DNA of 63,054 nucleotides, the filler included, from Octopus bimaculoides (Eukaryota), in the NCBI RefSeq assembly GCF_001194135.2. It is 5 parts of 5 records of this genome, joined end to end, with 100 filler letters (N's around TTAATTAATTAA, not from the genome) between each part and the next. Parts side by side here need not be neighbours in the genome. Positions count along the whole stretch, not along the records: positions 61,700 to 63,054 come from NC_068997.1; 4 more parts are not named here. One strand, given 5' to 3'. The notes beneath the pieces were generated by a model that did no database searches, was not told where the DNA came from, and was given only the letters and a program-made list of their open reading frames with translations. This document shows, piece by piece, positions 63,031 through 63,054 of this stretch; the stretch's first letter is position 1, and the number at the start of each line of letters is the position of its first letter. The translations under genes were made by a program, and so were the position numbers.

Positions 63031-63054
63031 AATATATATATATATATATATATA

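Noticed and set aside
1-63054. CRISPR array or prokaryotic operon
   Set aside because: No regularly spaced repeat-spacer units; the sequence is intron-containing eukaryotic DNA.

Overview
AT-rich, microsatellite-dense animal genomic DNA, most likely a coleoid cephalopod (Octopus-type; inferred from the repeat families and simple-repeat load). It has many N gaps, four of them 100-bp unsized gaps carrying a TTAATTAATTAA linker. Only three host coding exons are supportable, all on the minus strand: the first coding exon of cysteine dioxygenase (CDO1, 26867-27024, with TATA/CCAAT/CRE-like motifs upstream) and two exons of a signal-peptide + LRRNT + LRR gene (8661-8842 and a canonical 72-nt LRR exon at 2794-2865). 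CDO1 exons 2 onward were not found. Everything else is transposon debris: a Penelope-like ORF relic, Tx1/L1-clade, R4/Dong and CR1/L2-type LINE pieces, DD37D mariner and Tc1 fragments, a roughly full-length Merlin (IS1595-like) element, MITEs and several tRNA-derived SINE families. Nearly all supplied ORFs are low-complexity or N-spanning artefacts. Best leads: an apparently intact type I hammerhead ribozyme with an unusually long stem II (4981-5095) downstream of the Penelope relic; a divergent 5S rRNA copy with preserved helices abutting a SINE head (55103-55617); a 283-bp fold-back upstream of CDO1; combinatorial head/tail shuffling among SINEs; and the missing CDO1 exons versus a possibly nested LRR gene. 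All alignments and folds were done by eye.
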